Below, in pieces: positions 21,462 through 31,559 of a stretch of DNA of 64,000 bases (position 1 is its first letter; each line of letters starts with the position of its first letter). The notes below the pieces were generated by a model. It did no database searches, was not told the origin of the DNA, and worked only from the letters and a program-made list of their open reading frames with translations. This DNA is from an uncultured Candidatus Saccharibacteria bacterium (GTDB lineage: Bacteria; Patescibacteriota; Minisyncoccia; Phycocordibacterales; UBA9973), in NCBI GenBank assembly GCA_964484005.1, contig CAZADR010000001.1, positions 135,819-199,818 on the forward strand, written 5' to 3'. The position numbers and the translations under genes were made by a program.

Positions 21462-23219
21462 ATGTTCGTAAAAAAGATTTTTCAACATGTCTGGCCACAA
21501 ATAATGAAATATAAGTGGTCATTTTATTTTACCTTTGTATTTTTTACACTTAGGTTGTTTTTTGCATATATTTTAAGCGTAGTCTATTTTAAGAAGCTAG
21601 TAGACATAATGTCAGATTCTCCTCTTTCTAAAGAGGCGGTAGCACCAGAGCTTATTTTTCTGGTATTTATAAATATTTTAATAATGGTAGGAGGCAATGT
21701 TTTTTCTCGCTTGGGATCTGTTTCTATTGTTTACTTTCAAAACAATGTCTTGAAAGAGCTTGCAGATTATTCTTTCGGAAAAATTATAAAAAATTCTTAC
21801 GGTTTTTTCTCCAATCGCTTCACCGGAAGCCTAGTCACCAAGTCTAGGCGCTTTGTTCGTGCTTTTGAAGTGATGCATGACACAATTGTGTTTAATTTTT
21901 GGGGCACTTTTGTCGTTTTAGTTGGTACTTTTGTGGTTATATTTAGACAAACTTTTTCTATTGGTTTGATATTTTTAGGTTGGGTTTTTATCTATATTAT
22001 TATTATTTCTTTTTTTATAAAGAAAAGAATGGAATATGATATAGCCAAAGCAGAAGCTGACTCGGCGGTGAGTGGTAGGTTGGCAGATGTTTTTTCCAAT
22101 ATCTTTGCCTTGAAAGTTTTTTCTGCTTCTAGTTATGAGAAAGATTCTTTTAATGAAGTGACAGACAATGAAAAGAAACACCGAGGTAAGGCTTGGAACT
22201 TTGGAAATATCCAAGATGCATTACAGGCAACCTTGATGATGGTGGTACAAGCAGTCGTCTTGTATTTTATAGTAAAAAACTGGATAGCAGGCACCATGAC
22301 CACAGGTACTTTGGTCTTAATTCAGACTTATATGATTGTTATTTTTGAAAGATTGTGGGACTTAGGTAAAGCCACGACCAAGTTTATGGAGTCCACAGCT
22401 GACATGAAAGAGGTGATAGATATTTTTGAAATTGTGCCAGACATCCTAGACCCAGAAAATCCTGAAGCTTTAAAAACAAAAGAAGGAGAAATTGAATTTA
22501 AAAATGTTTCTTTTGTATACGATTCTGGACAAAAAGTTTTTACTGATTTTAGTCTAAAGATAAAGCCTGGAGAAAGAATAGGTCTTGTGGGTCACTCTGG
22601 AGCAGGCAAGTCGACGATTACCAAATTACTTTTGAGATTTGTGGATGTTTCTTCAGGAGAAATCTTGATTGACGGGCAAGACATCCGCCTTGTTTTACAA
22701 GAAGATTTGAGGCAAGTTATTTCATATGTACCCCAAGAGCCTGTGTTATTTCACAGAAGCGTCAAAGAAAATATTTCTTATAGTAGGAGGGATGCAAGCG
22801 ATGAAATGGTAATAGAATCTGCAAAAAAAGCTCACGCTCATGAATTTATTTTAAAACTCAAACAAGGTTATGACACCTTGGTAGGAGAGCGAGGAGTAAA
22901 GTTGTCAGGAGGTGAAAGACAGAGGGTCGCTATCGCTCGAGCGATGCTCAAAGATTCCCCAATTCTTATTTTAGATGAGGCCACAAGCTCACTAGACAGT
23001 ATCAGTGAGTCTTTAATTCAAGATGCCTTCAATGAGCTTATGAAGGGAAAGACCACGATAGTCATCGCACATAGACTCTCTACGGTTCAAAAGATGGACA
23101 GAATTATTGTTCTAGAAAATGGAAGCATAAAAGAGGATGGAACACACAAAGAATTGTTAGAAAAAAATGGTACTTATGCAGACTTGTGGAATCACCAAAC
23201 TGGTGGATTTTTGGATTAA
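21462..23219 (+). CDS. ABC exporter, fused TMD-NBD (MsbA/lipid A-exporter-like)
   Basis: A 6-TM N-terminal domain is present. Walker A is GHSGAGKST, the signature is [15 protein letters not shown] and Walker B is ILILDEATS. Confidence 0.9.
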   Translation: MFVKKIFQHVWPQIMKYKWSFYFTFVFFTLRLFFAYILSVVYFKKLVDIMSDSPLSKEAVAPELIFLVFINILIMVGGNVFSRLGSVSIVYFQNNVLKELADYSFGKIIKNSYGFFSNRFTGSLVTKSRRFVRAFEVMHDTIVFNFWGTFVVLVGTFVVIFRQTFSIGLIFLGWVFIYIIIISFFIKKRMEYDIAKAEADSAVSGRLADVFSNIFALKVFSASSYEKDSFNEVTDNEKKHRGKAWNFGNIQDALQATLMMVVQAVVLYFIVKNWIAGTMTTGTLVLIQTYMIVIFERLWDLGKATTKFMESTADMKEVIDIFEIVPDILDPENPEALKTKEGEIEFKNVSFVYDSGQKVFTDFSLKIKPGERIGLVGHSGAGKSTITKLLLRFVDVSSGEILIDGQDIRLVLQEDLRQVISYVPQEPVLFHRSVKENISYSRRDASDEMVIESAKKAHAHEFILKLKQGYDTLVGERGVKLSGGERQRVAIARAMLKDSPILILDEATSSLDSISESLIQDAFNELMKGKTTIVIAHRLSTVQKMDRIIVLENGSIKEDGTHKELLEKNGTYADLWNHQTGGFLD

Positions 23220-23272
23220 TTTTTAGATTTTTTCAAATTGACCAAATACCCTCCATTTGTTATTCTATAAAG

Positions 23273-24259
23273 GTGAAAATAGCAATTGTGGGGGCGACCG
23301 GTCTCGTCGGTAGGACCATGCTCAAGGTTTTACAAGAAAGAAATTTTCCTGTTACTAAATTACTTTTTGTCGCTTCAGAAAAATCAGTCGGTAAGAAGAT
23401 TTTATTTAAAGGAAAATATCATAAAATAATTGGTCTTGAAGAGGCGCTAAAAGAAAAGCCAGAAATAGCGCTTTTTTCTGCTGGGGGTAAGGTTTCATTA
23501 GAGTGGGCTCCAAAGTTTGCTAAAGCTGGTACGACGGTGATAGACAATTCTTCAGCTTGGCGTATGGATAAAAATACCAAGCTCGTTGTGCCAGAGATAA
23601 ATGCTAATACATTAAATTCAAAAGATAAAATAATTTCCAATCCAAACTGTTCTACTATACAGATGGTAGTAGCTTTATATCCGCTTCATAAAGTTTTTAA
23701 AATAAAGAGAATCGTTGTTTCTACTTATCAGAGTGTTACTGGTACGGGCAATAAAGCAGTAAAGCAACTTGAGAATGAAAGAAAAGGAAAAAAGGGTGAG
23801 ATGGCTTATTCATACCCGATAGATTTAAATTGTATTCCCCAGATAGATGTTTTCTTGCCGAATGACTATACTAAAGAAGAGATGAAGATGGTCAACGAGA
23901 CCAGAAAGATAATTGGAGATAAAAATATCCAAGTTACCGCTACGGCCGTCAGGGTGCCCACTATCGGTGGTCACGCTGAATCTGTAAACATAGAGTTCAG
24001 GAAAGGTTTTTCTGTAAAAAAGATAAAAGATATACTCTCCAAAGCACCTGGGGTAAAAATATTAGATGATGTAAAAAAACAAATATATCCGATGCCAATA
24101 TATGCCCATGGCTCTGATTTGGTATTTGTCGGTAGGATTCGCAAAGATGAATCAAATAAGAATTCTCTTAATTTGTGGATAGTGTCGGATAATTTAAGAA
24201 AAGGTGCCGCTACTAATGCAGTGCAAATAGCAGAATATGTCAATAAAAAATTTAAGTAA
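23273..24259 (+). CDS. asd: aspartate-semialdehyde dehydrogenase
   Basis: The NAD-binding N-terminus is KIAIVGATGLVGR, with a GTG start preceded by aaagg. The ORF-track start at 23186 overlaps the upstream gene and is rejected. The Cys-containing active-site region is present. Confidence 0.85.
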   Translation: MKIAIVGATGLVGRTMLKVLQERNFPVTKLLFVASEKSVGKKILFKGKYHKIIGLEEALKEKPEIALFSAGGKVSLEWAPKFAKAGTTVIDNSSAWRMDKNTKLVVPEINANTLNSKDKIISNPNCSTIQMVVALYPLHKVFKIKRIVVSTYQSVTGTGNKAVKQLENERKGKKGEMAYSYPIDLNCIPQIDVFLPNDYTKEEMKMVNETRKIIGDKNIQVTATAVRVPTIGGHAESVNIEFRKGFSVKKIKDILSKAPGVKILDDVKKQIYPMPIYAHGSDLVFVGRIRKDESNKNSLNLWIVSDNLRKGAATNAVQIAEYVNKKFK

Positions 24260-25610
24260 AAATTCTAAAAAAGAAATACTCATAACTGCTAAATTTGGTG
24301 GTTCTTCTTTATCCAACAAGGAGCGTATTTTGAATGTAAAGAATATCATTTTATCTGACAGAAGGCGCAGATTTATTGTAGTCTCTGCTCCAGGCAAGGA
24401 TGACCAGTCAAATCAAAAAATCACTGATACTCTTTATGAAATAGCCAAACTTGTCTCTTTAAAGAAATCATTTGAAAAAGAATGGAGTAAGATAGTTTTT
24501 AGATTTTCTAATATTATTTCTTCTCTTAGGTTAGAGTCTCGTCTAAGTCATCTTCTCCCAGAAGTTTTAAGTTCTATTAAGAAAAATCCATACATTGATT
24601 TTATTGTTAGTCGAGGTGAATACATGCAAGCTAAAGTCGTGGCTGAACTTTTAAAAAGTCTTGGTGAAAAAGCTAATTTTATAGATGCAGCAGAAATAAT
24701 AGTTTTTAATGCTAAAGGATTTTTGGACTATGAAAAGACCCAAAAAGCTGTAAATAAAAAATGTTCTTCAAAAGGAATTTTTATTATTCCAGGTTTTTAT
24801 GGAAAAACAGTAGATGGGAAAATTAAAACTTTTACACGAGGAGGTTCTGATATTACAGGAGCATTAGTTGCTTATGCTCTACATACTCCTTTATATGAAA
24901 ACTGGACCGATGTTTCAGGATTTTTTACCGCAGATCCTAGGATAGTAAAAGAAGCAAAGACAATCAAAGAGATGACATACAGAGAAGCCAGGGCTCTTTC
25001 TTATGCGGGATCTACTGTTCTACACGAGGAAACGGTTGGGCATCTCATCAAAGGAGGGATTACTCTCGTCGTTCGAAATACAAATGACCCAAAAGATTCA
25101 GGGACCTTTATCTTGCCTAGTTCGCCTAAATCAGATAAAGTGACAGGGATTGCGGGCAAGAAGGGGTTTTCTATATTTACTATTGAAAAGACGATGACCA
25201 ACGAGGTTGTCGGTTTCGGAAGAAAGTTGCTTGAAATTTTTGAAAAAATGCAAATTTCTTATGACCATGAAGTGACGGGCATAGACACCACTTCGATTAT
25301 AGTAGATCAGTCAAAGATTTCCTTGGATTCAAATAAATATAATGAAGTTATAAAAAACTTAATTTCTAAAATAAAAAAGGAATTACAGCCTGATAAAATA
25401 ACTTTAACACCCGATGTTGGTATTATCGCAGTAGTCAGTAGGTCAAATTATGATTCAAAAGCTTTTGTTGATTTGTCTAATAAATTGATAAAGAAAAATA
25501 TTAAAATAATAATGCAAAGCATGGAGCCAACAGGACAAATAATAGTAGCTGTCCCAAACGATTCTTTTTCTTCTGCACTTAAAATAATTCACAATGCTCT
25601 ATTTAGATAA
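24237..25610 (+). CDS. lysC: aspartate kinase
   Basis: KFGGSSL is present near the N-terminus, with an amino-acid-kinase fold and C-terminal ACT-like region. The gene is adjacent to asd. Confidence 0.8.
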   Translation: MSIKNLSKNSKKEILITAKFGGSSLSNKERILNVKNIILSDRRRRFIVVSAPGKDDQSNQKITDTLYEIAKLVSLKKSFEKEWSKIVFRFSNIISSLRLESRLSHLLPEVLSSIKKNPYIDFIVSRGEYMQAKVVAELLKSLGEKANFIDAAEIIVFNAKGFLDYEKTQKAVNKKCSSKGIFIIPGFYGKTVDGKIKTFTRGGSDITGALVAYALHTPLYENWTDVSGFFTADPRIVKEAKTIKEMTYREARALSYAGSTVLHEETVGHLIKGGITLVVRNTNDPKDSGTFILPSSPKSDKVTGIAGKKGFSIFTIEKTMTNEVVGFGRKLLEIFEKMQISYDHEVTGIDTTSIIVDQSKISLDSNKYNEVIKNLISKIKKELQPDKITLTPDVGIIAVVSRSNYDSKAFVDLSNKLIKKNIKIIMQSMEPTGQIIVAVPNDSFSSALKIIHNALFR

Positions 25611-25616
25611 AAAAAT

Positions 25617-27422
25617 ATGAATTTAAAAAATATTAGAAATTTTTCAATAATAGCGCATATTGACCACGGTAAAAGTACCTTGGCTGATAGAATGCTTGAA
25701 ATAACTCACACCATTGAAGTTCGTAAAATGCGTGACCAGGTACTAGACTCTATGGACTTAGAGCGAGAGAGGGGAATCACCATAAAGATGCAACCAGTCA
25801 GGATGGAATATAAAAGTCCTGCAGGTGAAAATTATGTTTTAAACCTTATTGATACTCCAGGACATATAGATTTCTCTTATGAAGTTTCTCGTGCCCTAAA
25901 GGCCGTAGAGGGCTCTATTTTATTAATAGACTCGACACAGGGAGTGCAGGCTCAAACCTTGACCACGCTTGCCTTGGCGCGTGAGGGAGGCCTTAAGATT
26001 ATACCTGTACTGTCCAAAATTGATTCTCCATTATCTAGAGTGGACGATATAAAAGAGGAAGTAGTAAAGCTTTTAAAATGCCCACCTGAGGAGATATTGC
26101 TTGTTTCTGGACGCACAGGTGAAGGAGTAGAAAATCTTTTACAAGAAGTTATAAAACGTATACCAGAACCAAAAGAAAGTTATCATGAGGAAAATGCATT
26201 ACGAGCCTTGGTTTTTGATTTTAAGTATTCAAATCATCGCGGGGTGATAGTTTTTGTTCGAGTACTAGACGGTAAGGTCAGAAAGGGTGACACTTTGCTT
26301 TTTGCTGTTTCTGGAGAAAAGTTTATTGCGCTTGAGGTGGGTACTTTTTCTCCCGAAGAGACCCCGAGAGATTCTCTCTCTAGTGGTGACACGGGATATA
26401 TTGTCACTGGTATTAAAAAGCCAGGTATAGCTTCAGTTGGAGACACAATAACTTTATCAAAGAATCCATTACCTGCTTTTCCTGGATACATGAAACCAAT
26501 GCCTGTAGTCTGGGCTTCGGTTTTTCCAGAAGATGCCGACGATTTTGCTGAGTTAAAGTTGTCTTTAGGAAAATTAAAACTTTCCGATTCTGCTTTTTCA
26601 TATGAAGAAGAAGCTTCGGGCTCCTTGGGTAAAGGTTTTCGTTGTGGGTTTCTCGGAATGTTGCATTTGGAAATAATTACAGAGAGGCTCAAGCGTGAAT
26701 TTAATTTGAAATTAGTGATAACTACACCCTCTATTACCTATGAAGTAATAATGAAGACTGGAAAAAGAGAAAAGATTTATTCACCTTATTTCTTTCCTGA
26801 CGATGGACTCATTGAGACAGTCTTAGAGCCTTGGGTTGATTTAAAAATAATTACTCCCGTAGATTATGTGGGTAATATTATGCAGCTTTTATTTGACCAT
26901 GAAGGAGAAGTAGGTGAGACGGATAACTTTGGAGACAACCGTGGTTCCATCTCTGTCAAAATGCCTCTCCGAGAATTGATGAGAAATTTCTTTGATGAAT
27001 TAAAGAGTACTTCTTCAGGTTATGGTTCTATCTCTTATGAAATAGGAGAGATGAGAGAAGCCAATGTCACCAGGCTCGATCTTTTGGTGGCAGACGAAGT
27101 GGTGCCTGCTTTTTCTAGAGTGGTTGCTAAAAAGAGAGCAGAAGAAGAAGCTGAAAAAGCAGTGATAAAACTTGCAGATTTATTGCCTAGGCAAATGTTT
27201 TCCATGAAAATCCAAGGGCGAGCCTTGGGTCGCATTATTTCTTCTCGTTCTCTTTCTGGAATGAAAAAAGATGTCACTCAGCATATGTACGGGGGGGACA
27301 TAACGCGTAAAATGAAACTTCGAGAAAAACAGAAAAAAGGAAAAAAGAAAATGAAAGAAAGAGGACGAGTAAATATTCCTCAGGAGGTATTTCTGAAAAT
27401 GATGCGTACGGGAGAAAATTAA
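25617..27422 (+). CDS. lepA: elongation factor 4 (LepA)
   Basis: The G-domain motif is IAHIDHGKSTLADR. The LepA C-terminal domain is present. The protein is 601 aa. Confidence 0.95.
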   Translation: MNLKNIRNFSIIAHIDHGKSTLADRMLEITHTIEVRKMRDQVLDSMDLERERGITIKMQPVRMEYKSPAGENYVLNLIDTPGHIDFSYEVSRALKAVEGSILLIDSTQGVQAQTLTTLALAREGGLKIIPVLSKIDSPLSRVDDIKEEVVKLLKCPPEEILLVSGRTGEGVENLLQEVIKRIPEPKESYHEENALRALVFDFKYSNHRGVIVFVRVLDGKVRKGDTLLFAVSGEKFIALEVGTFSPEETPRDSLSSGDTGYIVTGIKKPGIASVGDTITLSKNPLPAFPGYMKPMPVVWASVFPEDADDFAELKLSLGKLKLSDSAFSYEEEASGSLGKGFRCGFLGMLHLEIITERLKREFNLKLVITTPSITYEVIMKTGKREKIYSPYFFPDDGLIETVLEPWVDLKIITPVDYVGNIMQLLFDHEGEVGETDNFGDNRGSISVKMPLRELMRNFFDELKSTSSGYGSISYEIGEMREANVTRLDLLVADEVVPAFSRVVAKKRAEEEAEKAVIKLADLLPRQMFSMKIQGRALGRIISSRSLSGMKKDVTQHMYGGDITRKMKLREKQKKGKKKMKERGRVNIPQEVFLKMMRTGEN

Positions 27423-27452
27423 AAACCCATCACTATAGTGATGGGTTTTTAA
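27423..27452. terminator. rho-independent terminator (perfect hairpin)
   Basis: aaacccatcacta tagtgatgggttttt. Confidence 0.7.
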
Positions 27453-27586
27453 TTAGAATTTATCTAAAGAATGGAGAATAGAGCAATACCATGCTTATGA
27501 TTATAAGGATACTGACTCCCGCCCAGGCTACCTGTATTTTCTTTTGATGTTTTTTATTGAAAAGCATATAATCAGTATAGCACATT

Positions 27587-27973
27587 ATGAGAAATTTTCA
27601 ACAAAAGAAAGTATGGAGAAATGTTTTCCAATCGACGCCTGTTTTGGTAGTTTTGGGAATTATCATACTGGTATTTGCTTGGAGTGTCCTTGGTTTTTGG
27701 AATAAAATGAGAGAAACAACACGAAACAAAGAAATGATAGAAGAAAAAGCTGTAGCCTTGCGGGAGCAAAAAGAGAAACTACTGATAGACATAGATAGCT
27801 TAAACACCGAAGAAGGTAAGGAGAGGGTGTTTAGAGAAAATTTCGGTTTAGCCAAAGAGGGGGAGGAAATGATAATAGTGGTAGAGGACAAAAATGCCGC
27901 CAGTAACCTAAAAACTGATTCTTCTTCAGGGTTTTTCTCATCTTTGATGTTTTGGAAGGGTTGGTTTAAGTAA
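27587..27973 (+). CDS. septum-formation initiator family protein (FtsB/DivIC-like)
   Basis: It has one N-terminal TM helix and a coiled coil (KEMIEEKAVALREQKEKLLIDIDSL). Confidence 0.5.
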   Translation: MRNFQQKKVWRNVFQSTPVLVVLGIIILVFAWSVLGFWNKMRETTRNKEMIEEKAVALREQKEKLLIDIDSLNTEEGKERVFRENFGLAKEGEEMIIVVEDKNAASNLKTDSSSGFFSSLMFWKGWFK

Positions 27974-27998
27974 TAATATTATATGATATAATAGGGGC

Positions 27999-29006
27999 AT
28001 GAAAATTATATTTTTTGGTATAGAAAAGGTGAAACAGTCTGTTTTATTAGATTCATTCAGTAACGGAGAAGTTTCTTTTTTTGATGATAAATTAGATGAA
28101 AAGACTGCGATAAAGGCCAAGGATGCCGAAGTGCTTTGTGTCTTTGTCAATTCAGCGGTCAGTAAAAATATTATTGATATGATGCCTGACTTGAAGCTTA
28201 TAGTCACTCGTTCGACTGGTTTTGATCACATAGACTGCGATTATGCGCATTCAAAAGGAATAAAAATAGCCTATGTTCCGTCTTACGGTTCTCATACGGT
28301 AGCAGAGTTTACCTTTGGTTTGATTTTAAATTTATCTAGGAATATAATCACGGCTAATAATTATGTAAAGCAATCAGAAGATTTTAATTATTTTCCAACA
28401 ATGGAAGGTTTTGATTTGTTTGGCAAGACTTTAGGAATTATAGGTACGGGAAAAATTGGAAAGAATGTAATAAAAATAGCTAAAGGTTTTGGTCTAAATA
28501 TTTTGGCTTATGACTTGTACAGAGATACAGCTTTTGCTAAGGAGAATAATTTTGAATATCAGAGCTTGGAAGAAGTATTAAAAAATGCAGACATTGTGAC
28601 TTTGCACACGCCTTATACCAAAGAAAATCATCATTTACTAAACAAAGAAAATATTTCCCAAATGAAAAAAGGGGTCTATTTGATAAATACAGCTCGTGGA
28701 GAGCTCGTTGATACTGAGGCTTTGATTTGGGGTCTAAAGGAAGGCATTCTTGCTGGCGTAGGTTTGGATGTATTAGAAGAAGAGAGACATTTGAAAGACG
28801 AAAAGAATTTTATGGCAAGTGGCAAAGCCACAGAAGAAGAAAAGAAGATTATTGCCTTGAACCAAGAATTGATGGAGATGCCAAATGTTACGATTACCCC
28901 TCATGTAGCTTTTTACACCAAAGAGGCGGTTGAAGAAATATTTAAGACAACGATTGATAATATTAAAGGATTTGTCGAAAATAAACCAATAAATTTAATA
29001 AAATAA
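27999..29006 (+). CDS. D-isomer-specific 2-hydroxyacid dehydrogenase (glycerate/hydroxypyruvate or phosphoglycerate dehydrogenase family)
   Basis: The NAD Rossmann motif is GIIGTGKIGKNV. A catalytic His region is present near the C-terminus. Confidence 0.8.
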   Translation: MKIIFFGIEKVKQSVLLDSFSNGEVSFFDDKLDEKTAIKAKDAEVLCVFVNSAVSKNIIDMMPDLKLIVTRSTGFDHIDCDYAHSKGIKIAYVPSYGSHTVAEFTFGLILNLSRNIITANNYVKQSEDFNYFPTMEGFDLFGKTLGIIGTGKIGKNVIKIAKGFGLNILAYDLYRDTAFAKENNFEYQSLEEVLKNADIVTLHTPYTKENHHLLNKENISQMKKGVYLINTARGELVDTEALIWGLKEGILAGVGLDVLEEERHLKDEKNFMASGKATEEEKKIIALNQELMEMPNVTITPHVAFYTKEAVEEIFKTTIDNIKGFVENKPINLIK

Positions 29007-29007
29007 A

Positions 29008-30291
29008 ATGACCGAAAGACTGATAGAAAATCTAGAAGAATTAGAAATAAGTTCAAATCGAAAATTGGCACTTTCCGTAGCCACAGCTGGACTAAATGCC
29101 ATCAACACCGAAGAGGCAATTTTTCGTTCTATTAAGCTAGAAGCAAATACTTTAAACATAATGGGGGAAAGTTTTGACTTGTCTAAGTTTAAAAACATAA
29201 AAGTTGTTGGCTTTGGCAAATCTTCTTCTTCGGCTGCTTTGGCCCTGGAAAAGATTTTGGGTTCTAAGATTAGTGAAGGTGCGGTGATAGGAATAAATAA
29301 AGTAGATAGTAATTATATTGAAACTTTTGTTGGTACTCATCCTAGGCCAAGTGATACAAATATCAATGCTGGAAATAAAATATATGAAATAGCAAAGAAT
29401 TCAAGTGAAGATGATTTGATTATTGCACTAGTCTCTGGTGGAGGCTCTGCTTTATTGTGTTATGGAGAAAATGAATGTAATCAAGGAATCAAGCTTTACG
29501 ATTCTTTTTTAAAAACCGGACAAACCATAACCGAGATAAACACAGTAAGAAAACATTTATCTGTGTTGAAAGGAGGAGGTTTGGCGAAAATAGCTTATCC
29601 TGCAACAGTCGTTGGTCTTATTTTTTCAGATATTCCAGGAGATACTTTTGAAAATGTAGCTTCTGGTCCTACTTATAAAGATGAATCAACCATAGATGAC
29701 GCCAAGAGAATAATTACTGAAAACAACTTGGGTGATTTTATCTTAGTAGAAACACCCAAAGAAGATAAATATTTTGAAAAAGTTCACAATTTTGTTTTGG
29801 TTTCAAATAAAATAGCTGTGGAGGCTATGGCTCAAAAGGTAAAAGAACTCGGGCTTAATTCTAAAATTATTTCGACAGAGCTTTACGATGAGACAAACGA
29901 AGCACTCTTAAAGATATTTTCTGCCAAAGAAGACAATTCTGTCGTCTTGGCTGCAGGAGAACCAAGAATAGAAGTTATAGATAAAGGGGGAAAGGGAGGT
30001 AGAAATCTACATATGAGTCTTTTGGCTGTAAGGGATAAGTTGATAGATGATGATTGTGTTTTTATTTCTTTGGCCTCTGATGGTATAGACAACAGCGATG
30101 TGGCAGGTGCAGTAGTGGACAAACATACTTTGGAAAAAGTAGAGAAACTCGGCTTAAACACTGAAGATTATTTAAATCGTTTTGATTCGTATAATTTTTT
30201 TAAACAAACAGGGGACTCTATTGTCACAGGTCCGACTGGTGCCAATGTTTCAGATATTATGATTTTATTAAATAAAAAAAATGATGAATAA
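29008..30291 (+). CDS. glycerate 2-kinase (MOFRL family)
   Basis: It has an N-terminal DUF4147-like domain with VSGGGSALL and a C-terminal MOFRL motif GGKGGRN. Confidence 0.7.
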   Translation: MTERLIENLEELEISSNRKLALSVATAGLNAINTEEAIFRSIKLEANTLNIMGESFDLSKFKNIKVVGFGKSSSSAALALEKILGSKISEGAVIGINKVDSNYIETFVGTHPRPSDTNINAGNKIYEIAKNSSEDDLIIALVSGGGSALLCYGENECNQGIKLYDSFLKTGQTITEINTVRKHLSVLKGGGLAKIAYPATVVGLIFSDIPGDTFENVASGPTYKDESTIDDAKRIITENNLGDFILVETPKEDKYFEKVHNFVLVSNKIAVEAMAQKVKELGLNSKIISTELYDETNEALLKIFSAKEDNSVVLAAGEPRIEVIDKGGKGGRNLHMSLLAVRDKLIDDDCVFISLASDGIDNSDVAGAVVDKHTLEKVEKLGLNTEDYLNRFDSYNFFKQTGDSIVTGPTGANVSDIMILLNKKNDE

Positions 30292-31507
30292 AATTACAAA
30301 AATAATAGCAGAAGAAATAAAAGATTCACGGGGTAATCCTACGATAAAGGTCTCAGTTTTTGTGGACAACACATTCAACAATTTTTCAGTTCCAGCCGGA
30401 GCTTCTACTGGTGTTCACGAAGCACACGAATTGCGTGACGCTGACGGTATGGGGGTTAAAAACGCGATAGACAAAGTAAACAATACCATCGCCCCTATGT
30501 TATTAGGACAAGATGTTTTAAATCAAAAAGAGATAGACAGAATAATGATAGAGCTTGATGGTACTCCCAACAAGGATAATTTGGGAGGTAACTCCATGAT
30601 AGGTGTTTCTGTGGCTTGCGCAAAAACTGCAGCCAAGGTTTTGAATATAGAAGTTTTTCAGCATCTACGAACATTGGCTGAAATGAAACCATCACGAAAA
30701 GCTCCGTATTTATATATGAATTTAATTAATGGAGGAAAGCATGCCCAAAATGGTTTGGCTTTTCAGGAGTATCAAATTGTTCCAGACACAGAAGATATTG
30801 CCCTCGCCATAGACATAGGAGTTAAGATACAAAATACACTCAACGGGATTATCATTAGAGATTTTGATGAAAGGTCTCTCATCTTAGGTGATGAAGGAGG
30901 TTTTGCCCTGAGGACGGGTGACATAAAAAGGCCACTCTTGTCTCTGAGTGAGGCTATTAAACAGAACAATCTGGAAGGCAAAGTTCGCCTGTCTCTCGAT
31001 GTAGCCGCTTCTTCTTTTTACAAAGATGGCATATATACGATAGATGGTAAAAGTATTAGTAAAGAAGAGCTCTTGAGTATCTACGGCGAACTTTTTAAAG
31101 AATTTGATATTTTTTCCATAGAAGATCCTTTTCAAGAAGAAGATTTTGAAAGTTTTAAAAAATTAAAAAACAGTATTGAAAAATTAAAAATAGTAGGAGA
31201 TGACCTGACTGTTACCAATAAGGTTCTTTTGCAAAAGGCGATTACCGAAGACAGCATAAACACAATGATTATAAAGCCAAACCAAATAGGGACTCTTTCG
31301 GAAACGCTTGAAACGATGAAATTGGCTCGAGACAATAATATTGAGCTTATTGTAAGTCATAGGAGCGGAGAGACCGACGATGATTTCATTGCAGACTTGG
31401 CTTTTGCTTTTAATTGTTTCGGATTAAAGGCTGGTTCTCCCGCAAAGATTGAAAGAATGCTAAAATACAAGAGACTCACTAAGATTATTAATTTATTATT
31501 AAAGTAA
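30281..31507 (+). CDS. eno: enolase
   Basis: SRGNPT is at the N-terminus, with an enolase barrel and metal-binding acidic residues. Confidence 0.95.
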   Translation: MMNKITKIIAEEIKDSRGNPTIKVSVFVDNTFNNFSVPAGASTGVHEAHELRDADGMGVKNAIDKVNNTIAPMLLGQDVLNQKEIDRIMIELDGTPNKDNLGGNSMIGVSVACAKTAAKVLNIEVFQHLRTLAEMKPSRKAPYLYMNLINGGKHAQNGLAFQEYQIVPDTEDIALAIDIGVKIQNTLNGIIIRDFDERSLILGDEGGFALRTGDIKRPLLSLSEAIKQNNLEGKVRLSLDVAASSFYKDGIYTIDGKSISKEELLSIYGELFKEFDIFSIEDPFQEEDFESFKKLKNSIEKLKIVGDDLTVTNKVLLQKAITEDSINTMIIKPNQIGTLSETLETMKLARDNNIELIVSHRSGETDDDFIADLAFAFNCFGLKAGSPAKIERMLKYKRLTKIINLLLK

Positions 31508-31559
31508 ATAGCGTCGCGCTTTAATGGACGATTGCGCGACATGATTTCGTAAAATCAAT

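Noticed and set aside
23186-23272. Upstream start of asd at 23186 (ORF track)
   Set aside because: That start overlaps the ABC exporter gene by 34 nt. The conserved Asd N-terminus KIAIVGATG starts at the GTG at 23273, which has an aaagg Shine-Dalgarno.
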